From assembly GCA_016873255.1 (NCBI GenBank), contig VGXR01000009.1, positions 610 to 64,609 of the forward strand: 64,000 nucleotides of DNA, read 5' to 3'. This document shows positions 8,865 through 19,794 of the stretch, piece by piece (positions within the stretch are counted from its first letter, which is position 1; each line of letters starts with the position of its first letter). A program made the translations under genes and the position numbers. The stretch comes from Planctomycetota bacterium. GTDB taxonomy: Bacteria; Planctomycetota; Phycisphaerae; Phycisphaerales; SM1A02. The notes beneath the pieces are model-generated. The model did not search any database. It was not told where the DNA came from and was given only the letters and a program-made list of their open reading frames with translations.

Positions 8865-9272
8865 TCAGTGCGACCGTGGGTGCTCGATCGGCCGGCCGCT
8901 CTTGCCCCAGGCACCGAAGCCGCCGGCGAGGCTCTGCACGTTGGTGAAGCCCATCGCGCGCAGCGACGCGGCGGCCAGCGCGCTTCGGGCACCGCCCGCG
9001 CAGTAGAGGACCATCGGGCGTGCCAGGTCCTCGTCGCGCACGGTGCCCCCGAACGCGGTCTTGGCCAGGTCGCGCTCGAGCAGCCCGCGCGGCAGCCCGA
9101 TGCTCCCCGGCACGAAGCCGCGCCCGCGCTCGTCGGGCTCGCGCACGTCGATCACCAGCAGGTCGGGTGCGTCGTTGGCGGGGTCAAGCAGCTCGGCAAG
9201 CTCGTCGCCGTCGATCTCGGTGATGGTGCGCTTGGCCTCGGCGACCAGGTCATCGAAGGTTCGAAAGGGCAT
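8865..9272 (-). CDS. rhodanese-like domain protein (sulfurtransferase)
   Basis: 135-aa ORF. LLVIDVREPDE and the active-site loop YCAGGARS are typical of single-domain rhodaneses. Confidence 0.8.
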   Translation of the reverse strand: MPFRTFDDLVAEAKRTITEIDGDELAELLDPANDAPDLLVIDVREPDERGRGFVPGSIGLPRGLLERDLAKTAFGGTVRDEDLARPMVLYCAGGARSALAAASLRAMGFTNVQSLAGGFGAWGKSGRPIEHPRSH

Positions 9273-9314
9273 CTCCGGAGTCTAGGTGCGCGCATGCGGC
9301 GGTAGCCTGACCCC

Positions 9315-10100
9315 GTGCCGGCGCGTCGTACCTTCATCCTCGTTGCCGCGGGCCTTGCGGTCACGCCGCTTGTTGCCCGCTGCGCAAGCCACCGTCCGGC
9401 GCCGATGTTCCTCGCGCACGTGGCGAAGAAGCGTCTTCCCGCGGGCGGTGGGCCGGAACCGCTGCGCCTTGCGTGCATCGGCGTCGGCAACCGCGGGTGG
9501 GACAGCGTGCAGGAGGTGCGCGGTGAGCACCTCGTTGCGCTCTGCGATGTCGATGCCGGCTACCTCGCGCGCGCCGGCGACGCGTTCCCCGACGCGGTGC
9601 GCACGTCCGACCATCGCGAGCTCATCGAGCACCATGCGCGCATCGGGATCGACGGCGTGGTGATTGCCACGCCCGACCACACGCACTTCCCGATCGCGCG
9701 CGACGCGCTGCGCGCGGGCCTTCCCGTCTACTGCGAGAAGCCGCTCACGCACACGCGCGCGCAGGCGATCGAGCTGCGGCTGCTTGCGGCTCGGGCCGGG
9801 GTGCCCACGCAGATGGGCACCCAGATCCACGCCACGGCCAACTACCGGCGCGTGGTGGAGGCGATCCGCGCGGGCGTGGTCGGCCCCGTGCTGACGCCTG
9901 CGCCCGCGAGCCCGGCCTCGCGGGTGACGCCGCTTGCCGCCAGCCGCGGTCACCACGCCGAGTGGCTGCAGGCGATCCGCGACCGAGCGCCGCGCGCACC
10001 GCTCTGCGACTTCGAGTACTCCGGTCGCCTGACGGAGCTGGTGCTCGCGGGCACCGAGGCGTACCGCACGGGCAAGGCCATCGACGTGACCATCGGGTGA
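9315..10100 (+). CDS. Gfo/Idh/MocA family oxidoreductase with TAT-like signal, unusually short (possibly degraded)
   Basis: RRTFILVAAGLAV signal, then LACIGVGNRGW...LCDVD...ATPDHTHF...VYCEKPL (Rossmann part). The sequence then jumps to the C-terminal block HHAEWLQAIRDR...CDFEYSGRLTELVLAGTEAYRTGKAIDV. At 261 aa it is well below the 400+ aa I expect for this family. Confidence 0.7.
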   Translation: MPARRTFILVAAGLAVTPLVARCASHRPAPMFLAHVAKKRLPAGGGPEPLRLACIGVGNRGWDSVQEVRGEHLVALCDVDAGYLARAGDAFPDAVRTSDHRELIEHHARIGIDGVVIATPDHTHFPIARDALRAGLPVYCEKPLTHTRAQAIELRLLAARAGVPTQMGTQIHATANYRRVVEAIRAGVVGPVLTPAPASPASRVTPLAASRGHHAEWLQAIRDRAPRAPLCDFEYSGRLTELVLAGTEAYRTGKAIDVTIG

Positions 10101-10105
10101 ACTCC

Positions 10106-10687
10106 ATGACAGCACCGAATCAGCCGCTCCCGCCGCTTCCGCCGCAGCTCGTGAAGGAGATCGATGCCGCGCTCGCGCGCCTCGAGTCATCGGAACCGGC
10201 GGCCGCCGGCCCGCACTGGGGCGCCATGCACAAGCTGCTGCTGAAGGCCAAGGTCGACCCGCATGCGTTGATGCGCGTGGTGGGTTCGCGGGACCTCGGT
10301 GAGTTGCGACGCGCGGTGGCGCGCGCGAAGGGCGAGGCCGTGGAGGATGCCGCGGGCGTGTCTGGGGCGGCGGGTGGAGCAGGGGCCGCGGTTGCGGCAG
10401 GGGCCGCGGGTGCAGGGGGCGCGGCTGCGCAGGAGTTCGACGTCGCGCTCCTCCAGGAAGCGCTTCGACACTTCCGCAAGCGGCTCAAGCTCTCGCAGCT
10501 CGACGCGGACAGTCGACTCGGCCACGGCCCGACGAGCGGGACGGGGCAGTACCGCATCCAGAGCATGGTGCCGCCGCGCGACTACCCGCAGGCCGTGTGG
10601 GAGGCCCTCGTCCGGGCCGGCAAGCTGCGGCGCGAGGGCGACGGGTTCTATTCGATCGTCGAGCAGCCGGGCGGCGCGCAGTGGTGA
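10106..10687 (+). CDS. hypothetical protein
   Basis: In frame with ORF 9962..10687. ATG 10106 lies 6 nt after the upstream stop. Contains an Ala/Gly-rich linker. No recognisable domain. Confidence 0.5.
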   Translation: MTAPNQPLPPLPPQLVKEIDAALARLESSEPAAAGPHWGAMHKLLLKAKVDPHALMRVVGSRDLGELRRAVARAKGEAVEDAAGVSGAAGGAGAAVAAGAAGAGGAAAQEFDVALLQEALRHFRKRLKLSQLDADSRLGHGPTSGTGQYRIQSMVPPRDYPQAVWEALVRAGKLRREGDGFYSIVEQPGGAQW

Positions 10688-10708
10688 ACGCTGCCGGGGA
10701 TCCCGAGC

Positions 10709-11857
10709 TCAGGCGGGCCGTGCGTTCGGCGCGCGCGCGGTCCACAGCGCAAGCGCGATCGGCACCGGCATGAGCATCGTCATGAAGTCCCATGCGCCGA
10801 GCAGGTAGCACGGGATGCCTGCGAGCAGGATCGCCACGGTGACCGCGCGCGGGGCGGCGCGCCGCTCGAGCAGGAAGAGCACCGGGAAGAGCAGCCCATA
10901 CGCGCCGAGGAAGGCCAGGTAGAGCGGCTCGCCGGGGAGCAGCCCGCGGCCGATGTCGAAGAGGAACGCCGGCGTGCCGAGGAGCACGGCCGCGGCGATC
11001 AGCGCACCTGCTGCCGCGGCGGGGATTCGGATGCCGGCCGGCGCGGTGAGCAGCTCGCGCAGGTGCACGGCGATCGTGAAGAGGAGCTGCGCGCCCCAGA
11101 GGACAAGCAGCGCGATGCCGACGCGCGGCGCGCCGGTCCCCGGGTCGTAGAAGTGGGCGACCGCAAGCAGCATGGCCGCGAAGGTGACGCCGAAGGTCGC
11201 GAACGCGATGCGCGGGCTCGGGGCCTGCTGCGCGGCGCGGTGGAAGGTCAGGTCGAGGTACGGCGAGAGCAGGAATCCCGCCGCGACTGTCGGCAGCGCG
11301 AATGCGAGCGGCAGCAGGTCGAGGATCGGCGTGATCGCATGCGGGCCGGTGCCTTCCGTTGCGGCAGGCGGCAGCCCTCCCGGGAGCACCAGGACCAGCG
11401 GCGAGGCGACCGTGAGCACCGTGCCCGCCGTCCGCCAGAACGCGTCACCACGCACCGCGAGCGCCAGGCCCGCCACGAGCAGGGCGACCGGGACGCCGGT
11501 GGACGCGATGGTTCGGATGGCGGCGGTCGCCGTGAGCGGTTGCGCGGAGAGCACCGCGCCTTGGTCGACCGCGAAGGTCTGCGCAACCCAGCCCGCGAAC
11601 CAGCACTGGTAGGCCACGGTCACCGCGCTGAAGAGCGCGCATGCCCACCCGAGCCGCGCCGCGAGCGCGCGTGACCGCTCGCGGTCGAGGACGAACCCGA
11701 ACATCGCGCAGCCCAGGACGTTCGGCACGAAGAACGCCCAGAACCCCGGCCAGCCCCACAGGCGCAGCATGATGAACGGCAGGTACATGCCGATGCACCA
11801 CGTCCAGCTCGACGCGCAGAACAGGCCCCACTGGACGCTCTCGATCGCCTTGCGCAT
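10709..11857 (-). CDS. multi-pass integral membrane protein, unknown function
   Basis: 382-aa ORF with many hydrophobic segments (WTWCIGMYLPFIMLRLWGWPGFWAFFVPNVLGCAMFGFVL ...). Confidence 0.65.
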   Translation of the reverse strand: MRKAIESVQWGLFCASSWTWCIGMYLPFIMLRLWGWPGFWAFFVPNVLGCAMFGFVLDRERSRALAARLGWACALFSAVTVAYQCWFAGWVAQTFAVDQGAVLSAQPLTATAAIRTIASTGVPVALLVAGLALAVRGDAFWRTAGTVLTVASPLVLVLPGGLPPAATEGTGPHAITPILDLLPLAFALPTVAAGFLLSPYLDLTFHRAAQQAPSPRIAFATFGVTFAAMLLAVAHFYDPGTGAPRVGIALLVLWGAQLLFTIAVHLRELLTAPAGIRIPAAAAGALIAAAVLLGTPAFLFDIGRGLLPGEPLYLAFLGAYGLLFPVLFLLERRAAPRAVTVAILLAGIPCYLLGAWDFMTMLMPVPIALALWTARAPNARPA

Positions 11858-11864
11858 GGGCCCT

Positions 11865-11896
11865 GGATTCGCTCCTCGTTACTTTGGCACCAATAT
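11865..11896 (+). repeat. GGCACCAATTG-repeat family, copy 1R
   Basis: GGATTCGCTCCTCGTTACTTTGGCACCAATAT compared with the family core AAATCCGCTCCTGGTTCGTTTGGCACCAATTG. Forms an inverted pair with copy 1F, 28 bp away. Confidence 0.8.
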
Positions 11897-11924
11897 CGGC
11901 GCGGTCATGGCAGGCGGGTTCGGC

Positions 11925-11972
11925 ATTTCTCCGGAGAAGACAAGCGGTGCCAGACTAACCAGGAACGGACTT
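11925..11972 (-). repeat. GGCACCAATTG-repeat family, copy 1F (contains the stop codon of the 11955..12575 gene)
   Basis: ATTTCTCCGGAGAAGACAAGCGGTGCCAGACTAACCAGGAACGGACTT. This is the reverse complement of the family unit. Confidence 0.85.
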
Positions 11973-12575
11973 GCGGCGCTCGAGCTTGGCCTTGATCATG
12001 GCCTTCGGCGTGCAGTGGAAGGTGATGCTGCACTTGCCGACGAGCGGTGCCTTGATGCCGGGCTTGTGCACCTGCTGCCGGATCTCCATCTCGAGCGGGA
12101 TGTTGAACTCGCCGCCCGCGGCGACCCGCGCGTCGAGGTCGCCTGCGTTCATCACCTCGTACGCCGCGGGGCCGTAGCAGGGGCGCAGGAACCGGTAGTG
12201 CATCTCCTTGCAGACCACGATGTAGTCGCTTCCGCAGCGGCCGAAGAGGTAGAGCCCGCCGGCCACCTCGCTGTTGCCCAGGAGCGCCGCGCCCGCCATC
12301 GCGTTGTACCAGTTGCGGTTGAAGCGACGGAAGGGGAGCACCGCCACGAACTGGCGGTCGTCCACGCGCTTCATGGTCAGCCCGGACCGGAACGCGTACG
12401 GCAGCCAGATGGAGCTGAAGGCCTTCTGCAGAAGGTTGCTCTTCATGCTGGTCCGGCTGAGCCACGCCTCGACCTTCTCGCCGAGGGAGAGCGGCCCCGA
12501 TCCCGTGCGCGCGCGGCTGCCGTCGGCGGCGGCGCGGTCGTTGATGGGCTGGTGCTCGGCGTTCACGCTGGACAC
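11955..12575 (-). CDS. hotdog-fold protein, DUF4442/PaaI-thioesterase-like
   Basis: 206-aa ORF with a GTG start. Size and blocks (LPFRRFNRNWYNAMAGAALLGNSEVAGG, ITFHCTPK) resemble DUF4442, by eye. The last five codons KSVPG plus TAG lie inside repeat copy 1F. Confidence 0.5.
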   Translation of the reverse strand: MSSVNAEHQPINDRAAADGSRARTGSGPLSLGEKVEAWLSRTSMKSNLLQKAFSSIWLPYAFRSGLTMKRVDDRQFVAVLPFRRFNRNWYNAMAGAALLGNSEVAGGLYLFGRCGSDYIVVCKEMHYRFLRPCYGPAAYEVMNAGDLDARVAAGGEFNIPLEMEIRQQVHKPGIKAPLVGKCSITFHCTPKAMIKAKLERRKSVPG

Positions 12576-12651
12576 GGAGGGCGCATTCTAGCCCTGCATG
12601 CATGCCCGACACCCCGCGCACGATGGCCGGAAATCGTGCAGAATCCGGGGC

Positions 12652-13470
12652 ATGAGCCGCATCGCCGCCTGTTCATGGAGCCTTCGCACCGAATCGCCCG
12701 ACGCGCTCGCGGATGCGCTTGCACGGTGCGGCCTCTCGGCGGTGCAGCTTGCGCTGGTGCCGAGCGTCGCCGAGCCCGCCGCGTGGGGCCGCGCCATCGA
12801 GCGCCTGCGCGCGCGCGGCATCGACGTGGTGAGCGGAATGCTCGCGACGGTCGGCGAGGACTACTCCACGCTCCAGTCGATCGAGCGCACGGGCGGCATC
12901 CGCCCGACGGAGACCTGGGACCGCAACCAGGAGCTTGCGCGGGCGGTCGCGGCGGTCGCGGGCGCGGCCGGCGTGCCGCTCGTCACCTTCCACGCGGGGT
13001 TCCTGCCGCACGACCGAGCGCATCCGGAGCGGCGCGTCCTGGTTGGTCGCCTGCGCGCGGTGGCCGACATCTTCGCGGCGCGCGGCGTGCGCGTGGCGTT
13101 CGAGACCGGGCAGGAGCGCGCGGACACGCTCGTCGAGGCGCTTGCGGACATCGCGCACCCGAACGTGGGCGTGAACTTCGACCCGGCCAACATGATCCTC
13201 TACGGCATGGGCGACCCGGTGGCGGCCATCCGCACGCTCGCGCCGCACGTGGTGCAGGTGCACGTCAAGGACGCGGTGCCGACCGCCGTGCCGGGCGCCT
13301 GGGGCCGCGAGGTCGTGGCCGGCACGGGCGCGGTCGACTGGACCGCGTTCCTCGCCGCCGTCCGGGCATTGCCCCGGGCGGTGGACCTCGTCATCGAGCG
13401 CGAGGCCGGCCCCACGCGCGAGGCCGACATCCAGGCGGCGGTGGCATTGCTCCGCGCGCTGGGGGCGTAG
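12652..13470 (+). CDS. sugar phosphate isomerase/epimerase (xylose isomerase-like TIM barrel)
   Basis: In frame with ORF 12598..13470, start at ATG 12652. Contains VTFHAGF, VAFETGQE, NFDPANMILYG and VHVKD, typical AP-endonuclease 2/TIM-barrel family motifs. Confidence 0.75.
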   Translation: MSRIAACSWSLRTESPDALADALARCGLSAVQLALVPSVAEPAAWGRAIERLRARGIDVVSGMLATVGEDYSTLQSIERTGGIRPTETWDRNQELARAVAAVAGAAGVPLVTFHAGFLPHDRAHPERRVLVGRLRAVADIFAARGVRVAFETGQERADTLVEALADIAHPNVGVNFDPANMILYGMGDPVAAIRTLAPHVVQVHVKDAVPTAVPGAWGREVVAGTGAVDWTAFLAAVRALPRAVDLVIEREAGPTREADIQAAVALLRALGA

Positions 13471-13503
13471 GCCGGGGACGCGCACGCGCATAGCATTGAA
13501 GGC

Positions 13504-13785
13504 ATGCCCACGTACGCCTATGCCATCATCAAGCCTGACGGCACCGACGGCGAGGTCTTCGAGGTGTTCCAGAAGCTGAGCGATCCGGCGCTCACGAAGC
13601 ACCCGGAGACCGGGGAGCCGGTCCGCCGCATCATCGTCGCGCCGCAGGTGCAGACCTCGAGCGACACGCAGCGGTTCTCCAAGGGCAACCTCGAGCGCCT
13701 CGGCTTCACCCGCTTCGAGCGCAAGGGCAGCGGCTACTTCGAGAAGACCGCCGGCAAGGGCCCGGACGCGATCTCCGCCGACTGA
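13504..13785 (+). CDS. FmdB-family-like small protein lacking the zinc-ribbon cysteines
   Basis: MPTYAY...FEVFQKLSDPALTKHPETGEPVRRIIVAP parallels the FmdB/CxxC_CxxC_SSSS pattern MPxYEYxCxxCGxxFEVxQxxSDxxLTxCPxCGGxVxRxIS. Both CxxC pairs are replaced. Confidence 0.6.
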   Translation: MPTYAYAIIKPDGTDGEVFEVFQKLSDPALTKHPETGEPVRRIIVAPQVQTSSDTQRFSKGNLERLGFTRFERKGSGYFEKTAGKGPDAISAD

Positions 13786-13862
13786 GCGGCGCTGCCTGCG
13801 CTCCCGGCCCGTTCCGCGGCCACGGGTCGGCGGCGCGGCCCGCGCAGCCGGGATTTCCGTAA

Positions 13863-15990
<2,128 letters not shown>

Positions 15991-15998
15991 GCCCCGCC

Positions 15999-16042
15999 TC
16001 CCCGGAGAAAGGAATGGTGCCAGACGAACCAGGAGCGAACCT
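15999..16042 (-). repeat. GGCACCAATTG-repeat family, copy 2F
   Basis: TCCCCGGAGAAAGGAATGGTGCCAGACGAACCAGGAGCGAACCT. It lies 8 bp from copy 2R in inverted orientation. Its outer end is fused to the TAG (16041-16043) of the next minus-strand gene. Confidence 0.85.
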
Positions 16043-16445
16043 AGGCGTCGGTCGCGAAGCGCACCTTGCCTGACGGGTCCACGGTGCACGTGCCCATGCG
16101 GCCGTCGCGCTGCGTGAAGCGCACGCTCATGCCGCCCTCGGCGGGGCGCGAGACCTCGGCCCAGTTCCACGCCGATGCATCGCTCTCCGACTGCGGCGCA
16201 ACCAGCACGCTCTCCTCGGGGTCGGTCGCGTCCACCTGCCGCAGGCTGAACGCAGGGGCCTTGCCCTTGTCGCGGGTCACGCTGAGGAAGTACGCCTGGC
16301 CGCTCACCGTCACCGCCGGGAAGTCGACGCGCGGCGGCTTGGGGAAGAGCGTCCCGCCGAAGAACTTCGCCGCGAAGAACGCCAGCACCAGGAACACCAC
16401 CACGGCGACCGCGACGCTTCGCAGGAAGAGCAGGAACTGGTTCAC
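16041..16445 (-). CDS. hypothetical membrane-anchored protein
   Basis: C-terminal part of ORF 16041..17105. GTG start at 16445 overlaps the uppP TGA (GTGA). N-terminal TM segment LFLRSVAVAVVVFLVLAFFAAKFF. Confidence 0.5.
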   Translation of the reverse strand: MNQFLLFLRSVAVAVVVFLVLAFFAAKFFGGTLFPKPPRVDFPAVTVSGQAYFLSVTRDKGKAPAFSLRQVDATDPEESVLVAPQSESDASAWNWAEVSRPAEGGMSVRFTQRDGRMGTCTVDPSGKVRFATDA

Positions 16446-17386
16446 GCGGTGATTGTAAGGCCCCAGGCCCACCCGGCCGCGAGCACCACCGCGGCCACCG
16501 CGAGGCGCCACCACCCGAACACCGCGAGCGTGTGCCGCCCGAGGTAGCGAACGAGGAACTCGACCGAGAGCGCCGCACTTGCCCACGCCACGGCAAGCCC
16601 CGCCACGATCGGCCCCCAGCCACCGATGGCCGCAACGAACTGCGCGGTCTCGCCGGCCTTCACGATCTTGAGCGCGCTGTAGCCGCTCGCCGCGGTCAGC
16701 GTCACCAGCCCGAGCAGGAAGCTGAACTCCGCCGCCGCCACGCCGCCGAGCCCGACGAGCAGCCCGCCGAGGATGGTCGCGAAGCTGCGGCTCGTGCCGG
16801 GCCACAGCGCCGCGCACTGCATCACGCCGACCAGGAGCGCCTGCCCGGCCGTCATGCGCGCCAGGGCCGCGCCTGCGAGGTCGCTGCCGCGGCCCGTCGC
16901 GCGCGCTGCCTCGGCCGCGGCGCGGTCGGCCGCCAGTCGCCTCGATTGCCACGGCGCGATGGCCAGCATCACGAGCCCTCCCAAGGCGAGCGCGCCGATC
17001 ACCGCCGCCGGGTTGAAGAGGTGCTCCTTGATCGCGTCCTTCGCCGCGAAGCCGATCGCCGCCGCGGGCACGAACGCGATCATCACGTTTCGCGCGATCG
17101 TCCATCCGGCCTGCATCCGGTCCACGGGCCCCAGCCCGCCGACGCCGAGCCTGCTCGCCGTGCCGCGCAACATCTGCCCGACCCGCGCGCGGTAGAGCCC
17201 GAGCACCGCGAGGATCGCGCCGCCCTGGATGATGATCTCGAAGTCGTGCACCGCGCTGCGCTGCTCGGGGGTGCGGTCGAGCCCGAGCGCCCAGCTCGTG
17301 AGGATCAGGTGCCCCGTGCTGGAGACGGGCAGGTACTCCGTGACGCCCTCGACGATGCCGAGCGCGAACGCCTCGAGGATGTTCAC
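16442..17386 (-). CDS. uppP: undecaprenyl-diphosphate phosphatase
   Basis: ORF 16442..17515, trimmed to GTG 17386, which overlaps the ilvC TGA. VNILEAFALGIVEGVTEYLPVSSTGHLIL is the BacA/UppP signature. Confidence 0.9.
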   Translation of the reverse strand: MNILEAFALGIVEGVTEYLPVSSTGHLILTSWALGLDRTPEQRSAVHDFEIIIQGGAILAVLGLYRARVGQMLRGTASRLGVGGLGPVDRMQAGWTIARNVMIAFVPAAAIGFAAKDAIKEHLFNPAAVIGALALGGLVMLAIAPWQSRRLAADRAAAEAARATGRGSDLAGAALARMTAGQALLVGVMQCAALWPGTSRSFATILGGLLVGLGGVAAAEFSFLLGLVTLTAASGYSALKIVKAGETAQFVAAIGGWGPIVAGLAVAWASAALSVEFLVRYLGRHTLAVFGWWRLAVAAVVLAAGWAWGLTITA

Positions 17387-18450
17387 TCGTTGGCTCCCTT
17401 GGTTCCGGCCTCGCCGCCCGGTTCGGCGGCCAGCCACGGCATCAGCGCGCGTACCTCGGCGCCCGCGCGTTCCATCGGGTGCGCGTCGGCCGCCGCGCGC
17501 TCCGCGCGGAACCACCGGCCGCCTGCATCGTGGTCGGCCTGCATGCGCCGCGTGAAGGCGCCGGAGCGGATCTCGTCGAGCAACGCGCGCATCGCGGCCT
17601 TGGTTCGTTCATCGACCATCCTCGGCGCCGCGGCGTAGGTGCCGAACTCCGCGCTGTTGCTGATGGCCGCGCGCATGCCGGCCGGGCCCCGCGCGTAGAG
17701 CAGGTCGGCCACCTGCTTGATCTCGTGGATGCACTCGGTGTAGGCAAGGAGGGGCGGATAGCCGGCTTCCACCAGCACCTCGTACGCCGCCTGCGCAAGC
17801 CCCAGCATGCCGCCGCACAGCACGGCCTGCTCGCCGAAGAGGTCGGTCTCGGCCTCGTCGCGGAAGGTCGTGTGCACGAGCCCCGCGCGCGCGCAGCCGA
17901 GTCCCGCGGCCCACGCGCGTGCGATGTCCAGGGCGCCGGGGCCGCCGTGGGCGCGATCGCGTTCGGCGTGCATCGCCACGAGCGCCGGGATTCCCTGGCC
18001 CATCACGAATCGCTCGCGCAGGGTGGTGCCCGGGCCCTTCGGCGCCACGAGCACCATGCCGATGCCGGGCACCGGCTTCACCAGCCCGAAGTGGACGCTC
18101 GAACCATGGATGAACCCGGCGGTCTGCCCGGGCACCAGGCTCGGTGAGATGGCCCCTGCCCAGGCCGCCGCATGCGCCTCATCGGGCAGGGCAACGATCA
18201 CCAGGTCGGTGCCTCGCACCGCCTCGGGGGTGTCGAGGGTGCGGAAGCCCTCGGACTCCGCCCGGGCACGGGTCGTCGAACCGGGCCGGCCGCCAATTCG
18301 GACATCCACGCCGGAGTCTCGGAGGTTGAGCGCGTGGGCCCGCCCCTGGTTTCCGTAGCCGATCACCGCCACAGGCCGGCCAGCGAGTGCGGCGGCCGTA
18401 ACACCGCGCTCCACGGGGAGTTGGAGGTGATTTTCTTGGCTCGGGGGCAT
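17383..18450 (-). CDS. ilvC: ketol-acid reductoisomerase (class I)
   Basis: ORF 17383..18486. VAVIGYGNQGRAHALNLRDSG, VAPKGPG and DLFGEQAVLCGG motifs. The start could be 18450 (MPPSQ) or 18486. Confidence 0.9.
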   Translation of the reverse strand: MPPSQENHLQLPVERGVTAAALAGRPVAVIGYGNQGRAHALNLRDSGVDVRIGGRPGSTTRARAESEGFRTLDTPEAVRGTDLVIVALPDEAHAAAWAGAISPSLVPGQTAGFIHGSSVHFGLVKPVPGIGMVLVAPKGPGTTLRERFVMGQGIPALVAMHAERDRAHGGPGALDIARAWAAGLGCARAGLVHTTFRDEAETDLFGEQAVLCGGMLGLAQAAYEVLVEAGYPPLLAYTECIHEIKQVADLLYARGPAGMRAAISNSAEFGTYAAAPRMVDERTKAAMRALLDEIRSGAFTRRMQADHDAGGRWFRAERAAADAHPMERAGAEVRALMPWLAAEPGGEAGTKGANE

Positions 18451-18755
18451 GGTTGGGTTCCCCGCGCTTTGGGCCAGAATCGGCACAATCTGCAGGAAAG
18501 AGCGGGCACATTACATGACCGGGGCCCGTTGCAAACCCACACTCCGTCTGAACCGCCTGTTCGGGCTGCGCAGGGCAGGCCGAAGGCGGGGGGCCGAGGC
18601 CTCTGGCTTCGGAGCTGGGTCCGATGTTCAGGGATTTCAAGGCAATTGCCGAGAATCGCCGAACACGACGTAGGACAAGGACGTTCTCCTCTATGCGGTA
18701 CCCAGGCCCCAGTTCGCAGTTCGGCCACCGAATGCTCGGCCAAGGAGCAGCAGGC

Positions 18756-19232
18756 ATGGTCACAGTCGAAGCACCGAACCGCCGGTCGGAAGACCGTTTC
18801 CGGTTCAGCCCGGCGTACACCCGGGTGGTGGTGGTTCCTTTGGCATCGCCTGTTCGGGGTGCAGGGATCGGGGCTCATCCGGCGGTGATGCACGGCGAGT
18901 CGGACGAAGTCCTCGACCTCGAGGGTTTCGACGACGGACTCGGCACGCCCGAGGGCGGCATGGAAGGGCATGGCTACGACGTCTCGCTCACCGGCATGCG
19001 GTTCGAGCTTGATGATGCGTTGCCCGCGGGCACCGAGGTGTCCATCGAGCTTTACCCGCCGGCCGAGCGCGATCCGATCCGGATGCGCGGCACGGTGGTT
19101 CGCGTGTTCAGCACCGACGACGATCCGGGCCCGCGCCGCATGGCCGTGCAGTTCACCGGGTTCGACTCGCCGGCCGACCGCGACCGCCTGACCGCCAGGA
19201 TCGACGCGCGCATCTGCTGCTGGCCGGGCTGA
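18756..19232 (+). CDS. PilZ domain protein (c-di-GMP receptor-like)
   Basis: In frame with ORF 18624..19232. ATG 18756 lies 9 nt after AAGGAG. RRSEDRFRF (RxxxR) and GYDVSLTGMRF (DxSxxG) motifs. Confidence 0.65.
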   Translation: MVTVEAPNRRSEDRFRFSPAYTRVVVVPLASPVRGAGIGAHPAVMHGESDEVLDLEGFDDGLGTPEGGMEGHGYDVSLTGMRFELDDALPAGTEVSIELYPPAERDPIRMRGTVVRVFSTDDDPGPRRMAVQFTGFDSPADRDRLTARIDARICCWPG

Positions 19233-19287
19233 CGCCCACGGCCGTGCGGACGCGGCAACGGATTGCCGCCACCGCGCGACGCGATGC

Positions 19288-19794
19288 ATGAGGACGCGCC
19301 CCGTGTTTGCGCACCAAGGAGAGCCGAACTTCCAGCACCCCGCGGCGCGCGCTGCATCGGCCGCGCGCAACGAGGTCGCGGCCGAGATGGCCGTGGCCGG
19401 GCGCGCCGGGCTGCTGCCGGGCGAGCGATGCTGGTCGGACGCGTCGGTCGCCTTGCTCGAGCCCGGTGACTCCGCGTGGGTGGTTGCCTCCGACGAGTTC
19501 CAGCGCCTGCGCGAAGACCTGGTTGCGGGCGGTGCGCCCGAGGTCAGCGCCGACGCGCCGGTAGGCCTGCACCGGGCCGCGATGTCGGCGGTGGCGGTCC
19601 CGGTCGGGGCCGCGGTCGGTGCGGTGCCCGCCGTGCGCGGCAGGGGCGCGGGTGCCGACGGCGTGCGGCGGACCGGCGCGCGACGCCGGCGCGAGCGGAT
19701 GGAGACGGCCTTCTGGTTCGCGGTGGGCGGCGCGGGCGGCCTGGCCCTCGCGATCGGCGTTCGGGCCCTGGAAGTGGTGGTGGCGTGGCTGTGA
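19288..19794 (+). CDS. hypothetical protein with C-terminal TM segment
   Basis: 168-aa ORF. Its TGA overlaps the GTG start of rnc (GTGA), suggesting coupling. No recognisable domain. Confidence 0.4.
   Translation: MRTRPVFAHQGEPNFQHPAARAASAARNEVAAEMAVAGRAGLLPGERCWSDASVALLEPGDSAWVVASDEFQRLREDLVAGGAPEVSADAPVGLHRAAMSAVAVPVGAAVGAVPAVRGRGAGADGVRRTGARRRRERMETAFWFAVGGAGGLALAIGVRALEVVVAWL

Noticed and set aside
18487-18755. Riboswitch or sRNA in the 270-bp ilvC/PilZ divergent spacer.
   Set aside because: Only one modest hairpin (CCGAAG...CTTCGG) was seen, and no motif I can assign. It is most simply a divergent promoter region.
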